Shown here: positions 39,218-49,047 of the stretch, one piece after another | Numbering within the stretch: the first letter of the stretch is position 1 | Layout of the letters: every line of letters starts with the position of its first letter | DNA from: a virus | Lineage: Duplodnaviria; Caudoviricetes | DNA: 64,000 bases | Strand: one strand, 5' to 3' | IMG/VR virus record: IMGVR_UViG_3300008262_003210 | Program-made: the position numbers and the translations under genes | Notes under the pieces: generated by a model | The model's database searches: none | Told to the model about the DNA's origin: nothing | What the model saw: the letters and a program-made list of their open reading frames with translations, nothing else

Positions 39218-41047
39218 ATGGATTTAAGATCACTTATTGATAAACTAGACACTATTGAACAGGAAAAACTATTGCTCGAATCTGAAGAGCTAATGGAAAG
39301 AGTTGGTCTTAGATTGTCAGACATTGAACAAGCTGTTGGAAGGGAACTTGATGGCAATAAACGTGCCGCAATAATTGGTGACTTTGCTCGCAAGTTTGGA
39401 TATGCAGGTTTGTTTGATCCTGTTTCAGGCAAGTTTGTTAATAAAGATGGAAAATTTGCTAGTTTTGGTGCTTATCAAAGTGAAGTTGAACAATTAGAAG
39501 ACGAAGGATTAATTCCTAATAGTGCAAAAACAGATGCACTACTTGGCTTCATGGGTAAAGACGAAAAAGCAGCCAAACCAAAAGCATTTGCAAGAGCCGA
39601 TTTAATGGGGGCAATTGACAAGGCAGACGGTTTACTCGACAAAGCTCTCGACGGTATGCTAGAAAGCAAAGGTATCGCTAACTCGTTATTAGAAGAGTTT
39701 GGCATTGATACACGCATATTAGAAGCCATTACGCCTGAAGAGCATCAATTCCTTAAAAAGACAGTTAAAGATGCTGAGCCAATTAAACATAAAGCCGATG
39801 CTAATAATCTTATAACAAGATATAATCAAGTATACGTGCCTGCACGAAATAGACTTATTGCAAAGATCAAAGAAGTCATTGCCACAATTAAGCCTGCAGC
39901 AAAAGCAGTTCCAGCGGCACCTGCAGCTAAAGACCAGCGTTCTGGGGCTGCTACTACAAAAGAATCTTTAACATTTGAAAATAAAGATATTTTACTTGAA
40001 ATCGAACTAACACCCAAAGGAAAACAAGCTAGAGCTAAAATTTATCAAGCAAGCTGGACGGGATATTTAAGTCCACAACAAAGTCAACATAATCTTAACA
40101 TGATTAAGAAAGGGTATGCTAGATATACTGTCGGGGATCATGTAGGACAGAACGTAAGAGATATTTTTAATGCACCTACAATGGGCGCAATGGATAAATT
40201 TCAAGCATGGGCAAGTAGTCGTAACGATCCTAACACATCGTATGAAAAAGAATTAGCAAAATTGCAAGGGCAAACTACAGCATACAACCGAAGTAATCAA
40301 GCTGGAAATCTTCGTAATGCAGTAAAAGCTGTAACAGGTTACCAGATGGATAAAGACAATCCGTTTGGTAATATTACTCCTGGGGATCTTATTGGTACGT
40401 TTGCAGGCGGAATGGGTTTATGGAACGCAGGTGTTAAAGTTGCTACAAAGTTAGGCGTACCAGGTGTAGTTGGTGGTCTTACAACTACACTTGCAGCACC
40501 GTTGGCAGTAGCACAAGTTGGCAATGGTCGACAACCTAACAATCAACAACCTAACGATCAACAACCTAACAACGGTTGGCAACCTGGCGATAATAATCAA
40601 CAATCTGGCAATGGTATGCTACTTGCTGGAAATCAATTTGCAATAATGAAAATGCAAAGAGACCTAAAAGCAGCAGGTGCAAATTTAGGTACGTATGGTC
40701 CTGACAAAGACGGTGTTGATGGTAAGATTGGTAAGTTTACTAGAGATGCAATGGCAAAATATCCAGAGATTGCCAAAAAACATGGATTCGGTGGCGGTGT
40801 AGCAACACAGCCAGACAATCAATCCGACGACGGCTCCTATGATAGAGCAGAGGCAAGAAGATTATCTAACTATCCCGCCGACAATACAGATACATATCAA
40901 ACTGATATCAATACACGAGTTAGTCCAGAACAAGTACAAACTATGATGGCCGAACTTGGGATAACTGGAACTGAAATTACACCTGATCAACTACTAGCTA
41001 GGTATTACAGATGCAGCTCCTGTAGCAGAATCAACAGACCTAGATAG
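39218..41047 (+). CDS. large virion-associated protein with peptidoglycan-binding domain, segment 1 of a frame-broken gene
   Basis: MQRDLKAAG...VDGKIGKFTRDAM matches PG_binding_1; last ~15 codons look out of frame. Confidence 0.65.
   Translation: MDLRSLIDKLDTIEQEKLLLESEELMERVGLRLSDIEQAVGRELDGNKRAAIIGDFARKFGYAGLFDPVSGKFVNKDGKFASFGAYQSEVEQLEDEGLIPNSAKTDALLGFMGKDEKAAKPKAFARADLMGAIDKADGLLDKALDGMLESKGIANSLLEEFGIDTRILEAITPEEHQFLKKTVKDAEPIKHKADANNLITRYNQVYVPARNRLIAKIKEVIATIKPAAKAVPAAPAAKDQRSGAATTKESLTFENKDILLEIELTPKGKQARAKIYQASWTGYLSPQQSQHNLNMIKKGYARYTVGDHVGQNVRDIFNAPTMGAMDKFQAWASSRNDPNTSYEKELAKLQGQTTAYNRSNQAGNLRNAVKAVTGYQMDKDNPFGNITPGDLIGTFAGGMGLWNAGVKVATKLGVPGVVGGLTTTLAAPLAVAQVGNGRQPNNQQPNDQQPNNGWQPGDNNQQSGNGMLLAGNQFAIMKMQRDLKAAGANLGTYGPDKDGVDGKIGKFTRDAMAKYPEIAKKHGFGGGVATQPDNQSDDGSYDRAEARRLSNYPADNTDTYQTDINTRVSPEQVQTMMAELGITGTEITPDQLLARYYRCSSCSRINRPR
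40532..40576 (+). repeat. ~3 x 15-bp coding tandem repeat (QPNNQ)
   Basis: CAACCTAAC-RAY-CAA units. Confidence 0.85.
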
Positions 41048-41981
41048 AATTTTAAAGTTATCTGGTTTAGAAGAAAATGCTGGTGCAGTAGCAAGTATAT
41101 TTGGTGCAGGTGAAAGAAATGTTTTAAGATGGGCTGGTGAGACTTGGAGAAGATCTGGCAATACATGGCTAAGTTCTTCAGGTAAAACAAAAACTGCGGC
41201 AAAGATGGATGACCTTCTTCAAAAGCAATACCCTAAGGGAAGTAAAGGCGGCACCAAACTACCACGCGAATACTCAAGGAAAAATATACAAGGTCAAAAT
41301 GCAAATTCCGCTGTAGATTCTATGACCAGACAGTCAATTGCAGCTCGGACAGGCAATGTAGCTGCCAGTTCTCTTGATGATGTAGCAAGGACATTACCAC
41401 AAGCGGCAAAAGGCGTTTTCACTAACCTAGCATCGAAGCTATCTGGATTAGGCGGACGTTTTGCACAATTACTTAAAAATCCAAAATTCTGGTGGTTAAT
41501 GGCGGCACTTGCTGCATTAGGAATCACAATTTACACAGTTGCCAGCGGAAATTCTGATGACAATGTTGATACACAACCAGATAATGGCGGTGGTGGTGGC
41601 GGTGGTGGTAACGGTGGAACTAATAACGGGCCGGCTGTTGTTCCACCTAATGCAGCTCAAGAAGAAGAAAGAAAACGTGAAGAAGAACGTCAGCGTCAAC
41701 TTGGCGAGCTTAACAAGTTACTCAATCAATTATACGGCGGTTGGCCTACAGATGCAGAAACTGCCCAAACAATTCAAGCTGCTGTAGCAGTCGGTGGAAC
41801 TGCTCCTACAGGATTCACACCTGGTGGTAATGGTAGCGGTGTAGCAACACAGCCTGCAAATGGGGGAGCATATCGTAGCCCAATTGATGCAAAAAGTGAT
41901 GCAGAGAGTCAAAGAATGGCAGATCAAGGATTAATGTCGCAAGGAAAAGTTTTAAATCCGGCTGAAAAAAAAACTCAGTAG
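41001..41981 (+). CDS. segment 2 of the frame-broken gene (track ORF 41205-41981 extended upstream)
   Basis: Frame open from 40998; one TM helix (FWWLMAALAALGITIYTV); poly-Gly linker. Confidence 0.6.
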   Translation, partial: GITDAAPVAESTDLDRILKLSGLEENAGAVASIFGAGERNVLRWAGETWRRSGNTWLSSSGKTKTAAKMDDLLQKQYPKGSKGGTKLPREYSRKNIQGQNANSAVDSMTRQSIAARTGNVAASSLDDVARTLPQAAKGVFTNLASKLSGLGGRFAQLLKNPKFWWLMAALAALGITIYTVASGNSDDNVDTQPDNGGGGGGGGNGGTNNGPAVVPPNAAQEEERKREEERQRQLGELNKLLNQLYGGWPTDAETAQTIQAAVAVGGTAPTGFTPGGNGSGVATQPANGGAYRSPIDAKSDAESQRMADQGLMSQGKVLNPAEKKTQ

Positions 41982-42226
41982 CATCTGATACTACAACTAG
42001 CAGAAGTTCAAATACACCTGCGGGTTCTGGTAGACCAACAATAGAGTTAACTGCTAAAGAAAAATCAAATATTGATTTGGCATTTGAATATCCTAGTATG
42101 GCTAGAGGACAAGTTAAAAAAGAATATGATAATGCTACACCAGAAAAACGTGCTGCTGTAAAAGCATATTTGGACAGCAAAGGATATGATGCTAAAAAGA
42201 CTTTCGGTATAGACTTTAGCGCATAA
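41972..42226 (+). CDS. segment 3 of the frame-broken gene (no own start; absent from ORF track)
   Basis: 84 sense codons NSVASDTTTS...FGIDFSA after an A9 run, ending just before a terminator. Confidence 0.55.
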   Translation, partial: NSVASDTTTSRSSNTPAGSGRPTIELTAKEKSNIDLAFEYPSMARGQVKKEYDNATPEKRAAVKAYLDSKGYDAKKTFGIDFSA

Positions 42227-42228
42227 TA

Positions 42229-42254
42229 AAATGGCAGATTTGTTTCTGCCATTT
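42229..42254 (+). terminator. intrinsic terminator hairpin
   Basis: AAATGGCAGA-tttgtt-TCTGCCATTT. Confidence 0.7.
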
Positions 42255-42267
42255 CCGCCTCTAAAGG

Positions 42268-42296
42268 TTGCATTTATAAAATAAGTAGTATATAAT
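42268..42296 (+). promoter_or_regulatory. sigma70-like promoter
   Basis: TTGCAT-17-TATAAT. Confidence 0.65.
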
Positions 42297-42320
42297 AGGC
42301 ATATTATTTAGGAGATTTAC

Positions 42321-42578
42321 ATGGCTGGTCGTTCATACGGTGCGGAAGAAAAGGCTAAATTGGAACGTTTAATTAGCGAAGGTTCCACAGTATTACGTGA
42401 AATCGAAGATTTACAAGAAGGCTTAAAAGAAACAGTCAAGGCAGTAGCAGAAGAATTGCAGGTCAAGCCAAGTGTTATTAATAAAGCAATTAAAATTGCA
42501 CACAAAGGCGATTGGCAGGCTTACAATGAAGATTGGGAAGAAATTGAAGCAATTTTGGATATTACAAAACGTATCTAA
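42321..42578 (+). CDS. small dsDNA-binding protein (T4 DsbA/GapR-like)
   Basis: 85 aa helical pattern LxxLI...IxxLxExLKExxxxxxEEL...INKAIKIAHK. Confidence 0.55.
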   Translation: MAGRSYGAEEKAKLERLISEGSTVLREIEDLQEGLKETVKAVAEELQVKPSVINKAIKIAHKGDWQAYNEDWEEIEAILDITKRI

Positions 42579-42663
42579 ACCTGCTATAATATAAAGGCAA
42601 GGCGGGCCATAATCCGCCGTGTTTGGTATTTGCAAGCCGTAAATTGCATGGAGAAGAAGATTA

Positions 42664-45330
42664 ATGAGCTATGTAGACGCATGGTTTGACCGCGATAATG
42701 ATATCATTCGTGTTGTCGAACGCAACAAAAAAAGTGAAAGGGAATTTAGAGATATTCCCGTACGTCACACACTTTATGTTAAAGACCCCAAGGGCAAACA
42801 TCAATCAATTTACGGCGATGCTGTAACTCGCATTGTATGTAAAAACACAAAAGAACTACGCAAAGAACAAGCTATCAATTCAGGTAAGCAATTATTTGAA
42901 GCTGATATCAATCCTATCTTTGTAACACTAAGCGAAAACTATCTTAATCAAGATGCTCCAAAACTAAATGTAGCGTTTTTCGATATTGAGGTAGACTTTG
43001 ATCCAGAACGTGGCTATGCAAGTCCCGACGATGCTTTCATGCCAATTACTGCTATTGCTGTTCACCTACAGTGGCTTGATACTATGATATGTTTGGCAAT
43101 TCCTCCAAAGAAAGTTAAAATGGAAGATGCCAAAGAAATGGTTAAAGACTTTCCTAATACATATTTGTTTGATAACGAAGCAGAACTATTAGATATGTTT
43201 TTAGATCTAATTAAAGATGCAGATGTGTTGAGTGGTTGGAATAGCGAAGGATTTGACGTTCCTTATACTGTTAATCGTATCACTAAAGTATTAAGCAAAG
43301 AAGATACACGCCGGTTTTGCTTGTTTGACCAAATGCCGCGTAAACGTGAATATGAAAAATTTGGACGTACATCGACAACATACGATTTTATTGGTCGAGT
43401 TCACGTAGATTATCTTGAACTTTACAGAAAGTATACCTATGAAGAAAGACACTCCTATCGATTGGATGCCATCGCGGAATACGAACTTGGAGAAAGAAAA
43501 ACTCAGTATGAAGGAACTCTGGACCAACTCTACAACAACGATTTTAAAACATTCGTCGAATACAACAGACAAGACTGTGCGCTATTGGACAGACTCGACA
43601 AGAAACTCAAGTTCCTGGATCTAGCCAATACATTGGCACATGAAAATACTGTATTGTTACAAACAACAATGGGTGCTGTTGCTGTAACTGAACAGGCTAT
43701 TATTAACGAAGCACACCGCAGAGGTTTTGTTGTACCTAATCGTCCTAAAATGAGTGAACGAGAAGATACAGCGGCTGCAGGTGCGTATGTTGCTTACCCC
43801 AAAGAAGGCATTCAAGATTGGGTCGGATCATTAGACATTAACAGTCTTTACCCAAGTGCTATTCGTGCGCTTAACATGGGTCCAGAAACTATTATTGGCC
43901 AATTGCGTCAAACAATGACTGAAGATTTCTTACAAAGTCAAATGGCCAAAGGCAAAAGTTTTGCAGCGGCATGGGAAGGTGTGTTTGGATCATTAGAGTA
44001 TACTGCTGTAATGAATCAAGAAATTGGCACAGACATTGCTATTGACTGGGAAGATGGAACTAGTGATGTTGTTAGTGCGGCTGAAGTCTATAGATTAATT
44101 TTTGAAAGCAATCAGCCTTGGATGCTTTCAGCTAACGGCACTATCTTTACTTACGAAAAAGAAGGTATTATTCCAGGACTACTAAAACGTTGGTATGCAG
44201 AACGTAAAGAGATGCAGGCCAAACTAAAGGAGGCTATCAATGCTGGTAACAAAATTGAAGAAGAGTATTGGGACAAGAGACAACTGGTTAAGAAGATTAA
44301 TCTTAACTCGCTCTATGGCGCCATTCTTAATCCTGGCTGTCGCTTTTTTGATAAGCGCATCGGCCAATCTACAACTCTTACAGGAAGACAGATCGCCAAA
44401 CACATGGCTGGAAAAGTCAATGAGATCATTGCGGGAGAATATAATCATGTGGGCAAAGCCATTATATATGGAGACACAGACAGTTGTTACTTCTCTGCAT
44501 ACAAGACCTTAAAGAAAGAAATTGATGCTGGTCATATTCCTTGGACTAAAGAAACTGTTGTACAGTTATATGACCAAATTGGTGAAGAGGTTAACACTAC
44601 ATTTCCTCAGTTTATGTTAGATACATTCCACGTACCTAAGTCGCGTGGTGAAGTTATTAAAGCAGGTCGTGAGATTGTTGGCAGTAAGAGTTTGTTTATT
44701 ACTAAAAAACGTTATGCTGTATTGTATTATGACAAAGAAGGCAAACGTGCTGACATCGAAGGTAAACCCGGTAAGATCAAAGCCATGGGCTTGGACCTTA
44801 AACGCAGCGACACACCAGAATTTATTCAAAACTTTTTAAGTGATATTTTAGAAATGGTGTTGACTGGTTCTACAGAACAAGATGTGTTAGACCATATTAC
44901 ACATTTCCGCACAGCGTTTAAGGCAAGACCTGGTTGGGAGAAAGGTAGTCCTAAACGTGCTAATAATATTACAGATTATCAAGAAAAAGAAAAGAAAGCA
45001 GGTAAGGCCAATATGCCTGGTCATGTAAGAGCAAGCATCAACTGGAATACTTTAAAACGTATGTACAACGACAAGTATTCTATGAATATTACAGACGGAC
45101 AAAAAGTAATTGTTTGTAAACTAAAACAAAATCCACTAGGCTTTACTAGTGTTGCTTACCCAGTTGACGAGTTGCGTTTACCACAATGGTTTAAAGACTT
45201 ACCGTTTGACCATGAAGAAATGGAAACTACTATTATCGATAATAAACTAGGAAACTTAATAGGTGTATTAAATTGGGATATTCGAAGTACAGAAGAAAAG
45301 AATACCTTTAATAGCCTATTTGAATTTTAA
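42664..45330 (+). CDS. family B DNA polymerase (gp43-like)
   Basis: ExoI FDIEV, ExoII NSEGFD, ExoIII YNRQD, DINSLYP, KINLNSLYG, YGDTDS. Confidence 0.97.
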   Translation: MSYVDAWFDRDNDIIRVVERNKKSEREFRDIPVRHTLYVKDPKGKHQSIYGDAVTRIVCKNTKELRKEQAINSGKQLFEADINPIFVTLSENYLNQDAPKLNVAFFDIEVDFDPERGYASPDDAFMPITAIAVHLQWLDTMICLAIPPKKVKMEDAKEMVKDFPNTYLFDNEAELLDMFLDLIKDADVLSGWNSEGFDVPYTVNRITKVLSKEDTRRFCLFDQMPRKREYEKFGRTSTTYDFIGRVHVDYLELYRKYTYEERHSYRLDAIAEYELGERKTQYEGTLDQLYNNDFKTFVEYNRQDCALLDRLDKKLKFLDLANTLAHENTVLLQTTMGAVAVTEQAIINEAHRRGFVVPNRPKMSEREDTAAAGAYVAYPKEGIQDWVGSLDINSLYPSAIRALNMGPETIIGQLRQTMTEDFLQSQMAKGKSFAAAWEGVFGSLEYTAVMNQEIGTDIAIDWEDGTSDVVSAAEVYRLIFESNQPWMLSANGTIFTYEKEGIIPGLLKRWYAERKEMQAKLKEAINAGNKIEEEYWDKRQLVKKINLNSLYGAILNPGCRFFDKRIGQSTTLTGRQIAKHMAGKVNEIIAGEYNHVGKAIIYGDTDSCYFSAYKTLKKEIDAGHIPWTKETVVQLYDQIGEEVNTTFPQFMLDTFHVPKSRGEVIKAGREIVGSKSLFITKKRYAVLYYDKEGKRADIEGKPGKIKAMGLDLKRSDTPEFIQNFLSDILEMVLTGSTEQDVLDHITHFRTAFKARPGWEKGSPKRANNITDYQEKEKKAGKANMPGHVRASINWNTLKRMYNDKYSMNITDGQKVIVCKLKQNPLGFTSVAYPVDELRLPQWFKDLPFDHEEMETTIIDNKLGNLIGVLNWDIRSTEEKNTFNSLFEF

Positions 45331-45331
45331 T

Positions 45332-46105
45332 ATGAAAATCATAATTGCAGGTTACGGATTTGTTGGCAAGGCTGTTGCCAGTGCCTTAGAAAAACATCAT
45401 GAAATTATTATTCATGATCCTAAGTATACAGATTATAAAATAATTGACCATTTGGATGCCGACGGTATTATAATTTGTGTACCTACACCAACTACAGAAT
45501 ACGGAATTTGCGATGCTAGTATCATAGCAGACATTTTAGATAATATACCAATTTATATGCCTGTGTTAGTTAAAAGTACTGTAACTCCTGGAGTCGCAGA
45601 AGGATTTAAAGAAATATATCCCAATCATAGCATTTGTTACAGTCCAGAATTTTTAAGGGCTAATTCAGCCAATACAGATTTTTTAAATCAAAAGTATGCT
45701 GTGATCGGCGGAGAAGATCCAGAATGTTTTTGGCAAGAACTATTTCAAACATCTTTGCCACATTGCAAAATTATTTTTAATTGTACAGAACAAGAAGCGT
45801 GTTTAGTCAAATATGCTACAAATAGTTTCCTGGCGTTAAAAACTAGCTTCTTTAATCAAATATTTGATATTTGCGAAAGAACAGGAATAAGTTATGACGT
45901 AGTTAGACAACTAGTATCACAAGATTCAAGGATTGGTAACAGTCATACACTTGTTCCAGGGCCGGACGGGTTGCGTGGTTGGGGAGGACATTGTTTTCCC
46001 AAAGACACAGAAGCATTTATAAAATGGACCCGTACAGTAGATACATCAAGTAGTTTGGTGGAATCTGCTGTAGAATATAACAAAAATATAAGAAAAAGTC
46101 CTTGA
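45332..46105 (+). CDS. ugd: UDP-glucose/GDP-mannose dehydrogenase family protein
   Basis: GYGFVG, ICVPTP, KSTVTPG, SPEFLR, KYATNSFLALK, GWGGHCFPKD; lacks the usual C-terminal domain. Confidence 0.85.
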   Translation: MKIIIAGYGFVGKAVASALEKHHEIIIHDPKYTDYKIIDHLDADGIIICVPTPTTEYGICDASIIADILDNIPIYMPVLVKSTVTPGVAEGFKEIYPNHSICYSPEFLRANSANTDFLNQKYAVIGGEDPECFWQELFQTSLPHCKIIFNCTEQEACLVKYATNSFLALKTSFFNQIFDICERTGISYDVVRQLVSQDSRIGNSHTLVPGPDGLRGWGGHCFPKDTEAFIKWTRTVDTSSSLVESAVEYNKNIRKSP

Positions 46106-46130
46106 CTTTAGACAAAAACCTAAATATAAT
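46102..46130 (+). promoter_or_regulatory. sigma70-like promoter with embedded TAAATA
   Basis: TTGACT-17-TATAAT; TAAATA at 46121. Confidence 0.7.
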
Positions 46131-46150
46131 CATTAAACATGGAGAATCAT

Positions 46151-46882
46151 ATGAAAGACATTTTACAAGACCTAGTAGCACATACACACAGCCTGGGATT
46201 TATTCCTCTAGTTAAAATCAGTTCTACTAATCAAGCAACTGAAATTGAAGCTATGGCTGAGGATCGTAGTGTTATTGTTAACGCAAAAACTAAAACGCCG
46301 GTTGACGAATTAGAGGGCGTGTTTGGCATGCCAAACCTAAATAAACTAGACATTCATTTGAAATGTCCAGAATATAAAGAAAACGCAAAGATTAGTGTAA
46401 CTAAGGCACAGCGTAATGGAGAAGAAATTCCAACAGGCTTGCACTTTGAGAATAAAGACGGCGACTTTGAAAACGACTATCGTTTTATGAGCACTGAAAT
46501 TATCAATGAAAAATTGAAAAGTGTTAAGTTTAAAGGTGCCAAGTGGGACATCGAATTTGAACCTAGCGTTGCAAGTATTCAACGTTTAAAGTTCCAAGCA
46601 AATGCACACAGTGAAGAAAGTGTTTTCCAAGTAAAAAGCGAAGACAGTAACTTAGTATTCAGCTTTGGTGATGCAAGTACACACGCAGGAGAATTTGTAT
46701 TCCATGCTGGAGTTACTGGTAAACTTAAACAAACTTGGTCATGGCCTGTTGTACAAGTTATGAGCATTCTTAATTTGTCTGGTAACATTACCATGAAAAT
46801 TGCAGATGTTGGTGCTATGATGATTACTGTAGACAGTGGTGTTGCAACATATGACTATATCTTGCCAGCTCAGAGTAAGTAA
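46151..46882 (+). CDS. putative sliding clamp (gp45-like)
   Basis: 243 aa with alternating beta/alpha pattern; near polymerase; clamp loader elsewhere in window; weak motif support. Confidence 0.5.
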   Translation: MKDILQDLVAHTHSLGFIPLVKISSTNQATEIEAMAEDRSVIVNAKTKTPVDELEGVFGMPNLNKLDIHLKCPEYKENAKISVTKAQRNGEEIPTGLHFENKDGDFENDYRFMSTEIINEKLKSVKFKGAKWDIEFEPSVASIQRLKFQANAHSEESVFQVKSEDSNLVFSFGDASTHAGEFVFHAGVTGKLKQTWSWPVVQVMSILNLSGNITMKIADVGAMMITVDSGVATYDYILPAQSK

Positions 46883-46884
46883 TC

Positions 46885-47235
46885 ATGAATAGCGTACAAA
46901 TATTATCTGGGTGTTTGGCATTCTTAGTCTTATGTGGCGCAGTTTATCGCCACATAGGATTTGATAAAATAAAAGAATGTTACGGCATGTGGTTTACAAA
47001 GGAATACTGGACTGACTACAATACTGTAGAGTTTGCTAGTTGGGCGGCAAAAGCCTGTATCATTATTCCTGGCTTAATATTTGGTATTAGTATTTGGTGG
47101 TTGTATTTCTTTACACTAGCAACAAGTCTAACACTTATCTGGGCTAGTGAAAAGAAACTATTACCTACTCTCGTAGGATTTAATACTATATGGGCATGGA
47201 TTAGCTGTATGGTACTGGCACAACATTTAATATGA
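46885..47235 (+). CDS. small multi-pass membrane protein
   Basis: 3-4 hydrophobic helices. Confidence 0.7.
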   Translation: MNSVQILSGCLAFLVLCGAVYRHIGFDKIKECYGMWFTKEYWTDYNTVEFASWAAKACIIIPGLIFGISIWWLYFFTLATSLTLIWASEKKLLPTLVGFNTIWAWISCMVLAQHLI

Positions 47236-48797
47236 ATAAAAATCTAACAGCGGCACAAAACGATTACGCATATTTCTTACCAGCAACATCAGGATTCTAT
47301 GCTACATTCATAGGAAAACAACGTTATGGTAACTATGTTGATCCTGCACGACTTCCTAAAGTATGGAAAAATGGAGTAGAAGGATTAAACTATCTAGAAC
47401 CTGAAAAAGGTTTGTTCTACTACGACCATTGTTTGTATTCAGCAGGCCATGCTAATCTCGATTTGAATAAACAAGACGAAGGTGAAGACATGTTCCGTAA
47501 TAGGGACCGTAGCACCAGTTGGGTACTTGGCGATTCGGGTGGATTCCAAATTGGTAAAGGCGTGTGGGAAGGTGACTGGAAAAATCCCAACTGTCCCAAA
47601 GCACAAAAGAAACGTGAACAAGTTCTCAAGTGGATGGATGCACTTATGGATTATGGAATGTGTTTAGATATTCCTGCCTGGGTCGCTCGCAGTCCTGCTG
47701 GTCAAAAAGCCACAGGTATTACCACATACGCAGAAGCAGTACAAGGAACTTATATTAACAACGATTGGTTTGTAAACAATCGTAATGGTAATTGTAAATT
47801 TTTAAATGTTCTTCAAGGTGAAAACCACGGCGATGCCGATGATTGGTATGACCGAATGAAAAAATATTGCGATCCTAAAGTCTATGGCGACCGTGCTTTT
47901 AACGGTTGGGCCATGGGTGGACAAAATATGTGCGATGTACACTTGGTCTTGAAAAGACTAGTGGCACTGAGATTTGATGGACTGTTAGAAAAAGGCCAGC
48001 AAGACTGGATGCATTTCTTAGGTACATCAAAATTAGAGTGGGCATTATTGCTCACAGACATTCAACGTGCTGTAAGGAAATATCATAATGAAAACTTTAC
48101 CATATCTTTTGACTGCGCCTCACCGTTCCTTGCAACAGCAAACGGTCAAATCTACGTCCAAACAGAAATCGAAGACAGAAAAAAATGGCTCTATAGAATG
48201 TTGCCGTCTATTGATGACAAAAAATATGCAACAGACTCAAGACTCTTCCAAGATGCAGTAATACAAGACAATTTCTTTAAATCATTTACTACAAGTCCAG
48301 TTATGGATGGGGTTGAAATTAAAGATATTTGCATATACAAACCTGGCGACTTAAATAAAATAGGTAAAGAAGGCCGTACATCTTGGGACAGTTTTAGTTA
48401 TGCTATCATGATGGGACACAATGTTTGGCAACATATTAATAGTGTACAAGAAGCCAATCGTCAATACGATGCAGGACTATGTCCAAATATGTTAGTCGAA
48501 GAACGTTTCCAAAGAACCTACTTCAAAGATGTTGTAGAGGCCATTTTTGCAACATCAAATCGAGCAGAAGCAGAAGCTATTATTGACGATTTTGATAAAT
48601 TTTGGCAAGCTATTCCTGGTACTCGTGGTGCAATAGGCAAGAAAACGGTTAATGCAAGTACCAAATATTTCGAATTATTTGACGAAGTGGCCGCTTCTAA
48701 TGTACAATTAGAGGAAGGACACAGTGAAGAATTCACTGAAGATGAAATTGATAAACTAGATGACCTGGAAGTACAATTACATAATGACTCTCCCTGA
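47232..48797 (+). CDS. dpdA: tRNA-guanine transglycosylase-fold protein (DpdA-like DNA base-exchange enzyme)
   Basis: LGDSGGFQ, MCLDIP, VLQG, WAMGG, HFLG, SFDCASP in TGT order; folE/queD/queE nearby. Confidence 0.8.
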   Translation: MNKNLTAAQNDYAYFLPATSGFYATFIGKQRYGNYVDPARLPKVWKNGVEGLNYLEPEKGLFYYDHCLYSAGHANLDLNKQDEGEDMFRNRDRSTSWVLGDSGGFQIGKGVWEGDWKNPNCPKAQKKREQVLKWMDALMDYGMCLDIPAWVARSPAGQKATGITTYAEAVQGTYINNDWFVNNRNGNCKFLNVLQGENHGDADDWYDRMKKYCDPKVYGDRAFNGWAMGGQNMCDVHLVLKRLVALRFDGLLEKGQQDWMHFLGTSKLEWALLLTDIQRAVRKYHNENFTISFDCASPFLATANGQIYVQTEIEDRKKWLYRMLPSIDDKKYATDSRLFQDAVIQDNFFKSFTTSPVMDGVEIKDICIYKPGDLNKIGKEGRTSWDSFSYAIMMGHNVWQHINSVQEANRQYDAGLCPNMLVEERFQRTYFKDVVEAIFATSNRAEAEAIIDDFDKFWQAIPGTRGAIGKKTVNASTKYFELFDEVAASNVQLEEGHSEEFTEDEIDKLDDLEVQLHNDSP

Positions 48798-49047
48798 TGA
48801 AAGATATCGTGCTGTAGTACAAACTCGCAGATTTTTATTTGATTTGTGTAATCCACAGCATACTCCTAGAGTTCCAAAACTCATAAGAGATACTGCTCGC
48901 AGTATGCTTCGTCATTATCCCAGCGATTGGGATATGAACCGTGCTGCCGAAGGTGCTCCTGATGTTTTTCAAGAACGCATGGAAGCAGTAACAAGACTTA
49001 TAAAACAATACGAACAATCTAAGGCCGAAAAGAATGAGCAAACGTAG
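48784..49047 (+). CDS. hypothetical protein
   Basis: ATG 48784 overlapping dpdA end. Confidence 0.7.
   Translation: MTLPDERYRAVVQTRRFLFDLCNPQHTPRVPKLIRDTARSMLRHYPSDWDMNRAAEGAPDVFQERMEAVTRLIKQYEQSKAEKNEQT

Noticed and set aside
6334-41981. TAG stop-codon reassignment (all three broken ORFs end in TAG)
   Set aside because: Read-through meets another stop or nonsense sequence quickly, the real coding continues in a different frame, and TAG ends an ordinary gene at 26343-26345
42664-45330. Intein or intron in the DNA polymerase
   Set aside because: Length is normal, motifs are in order, and no splicing or homing motifs were seen
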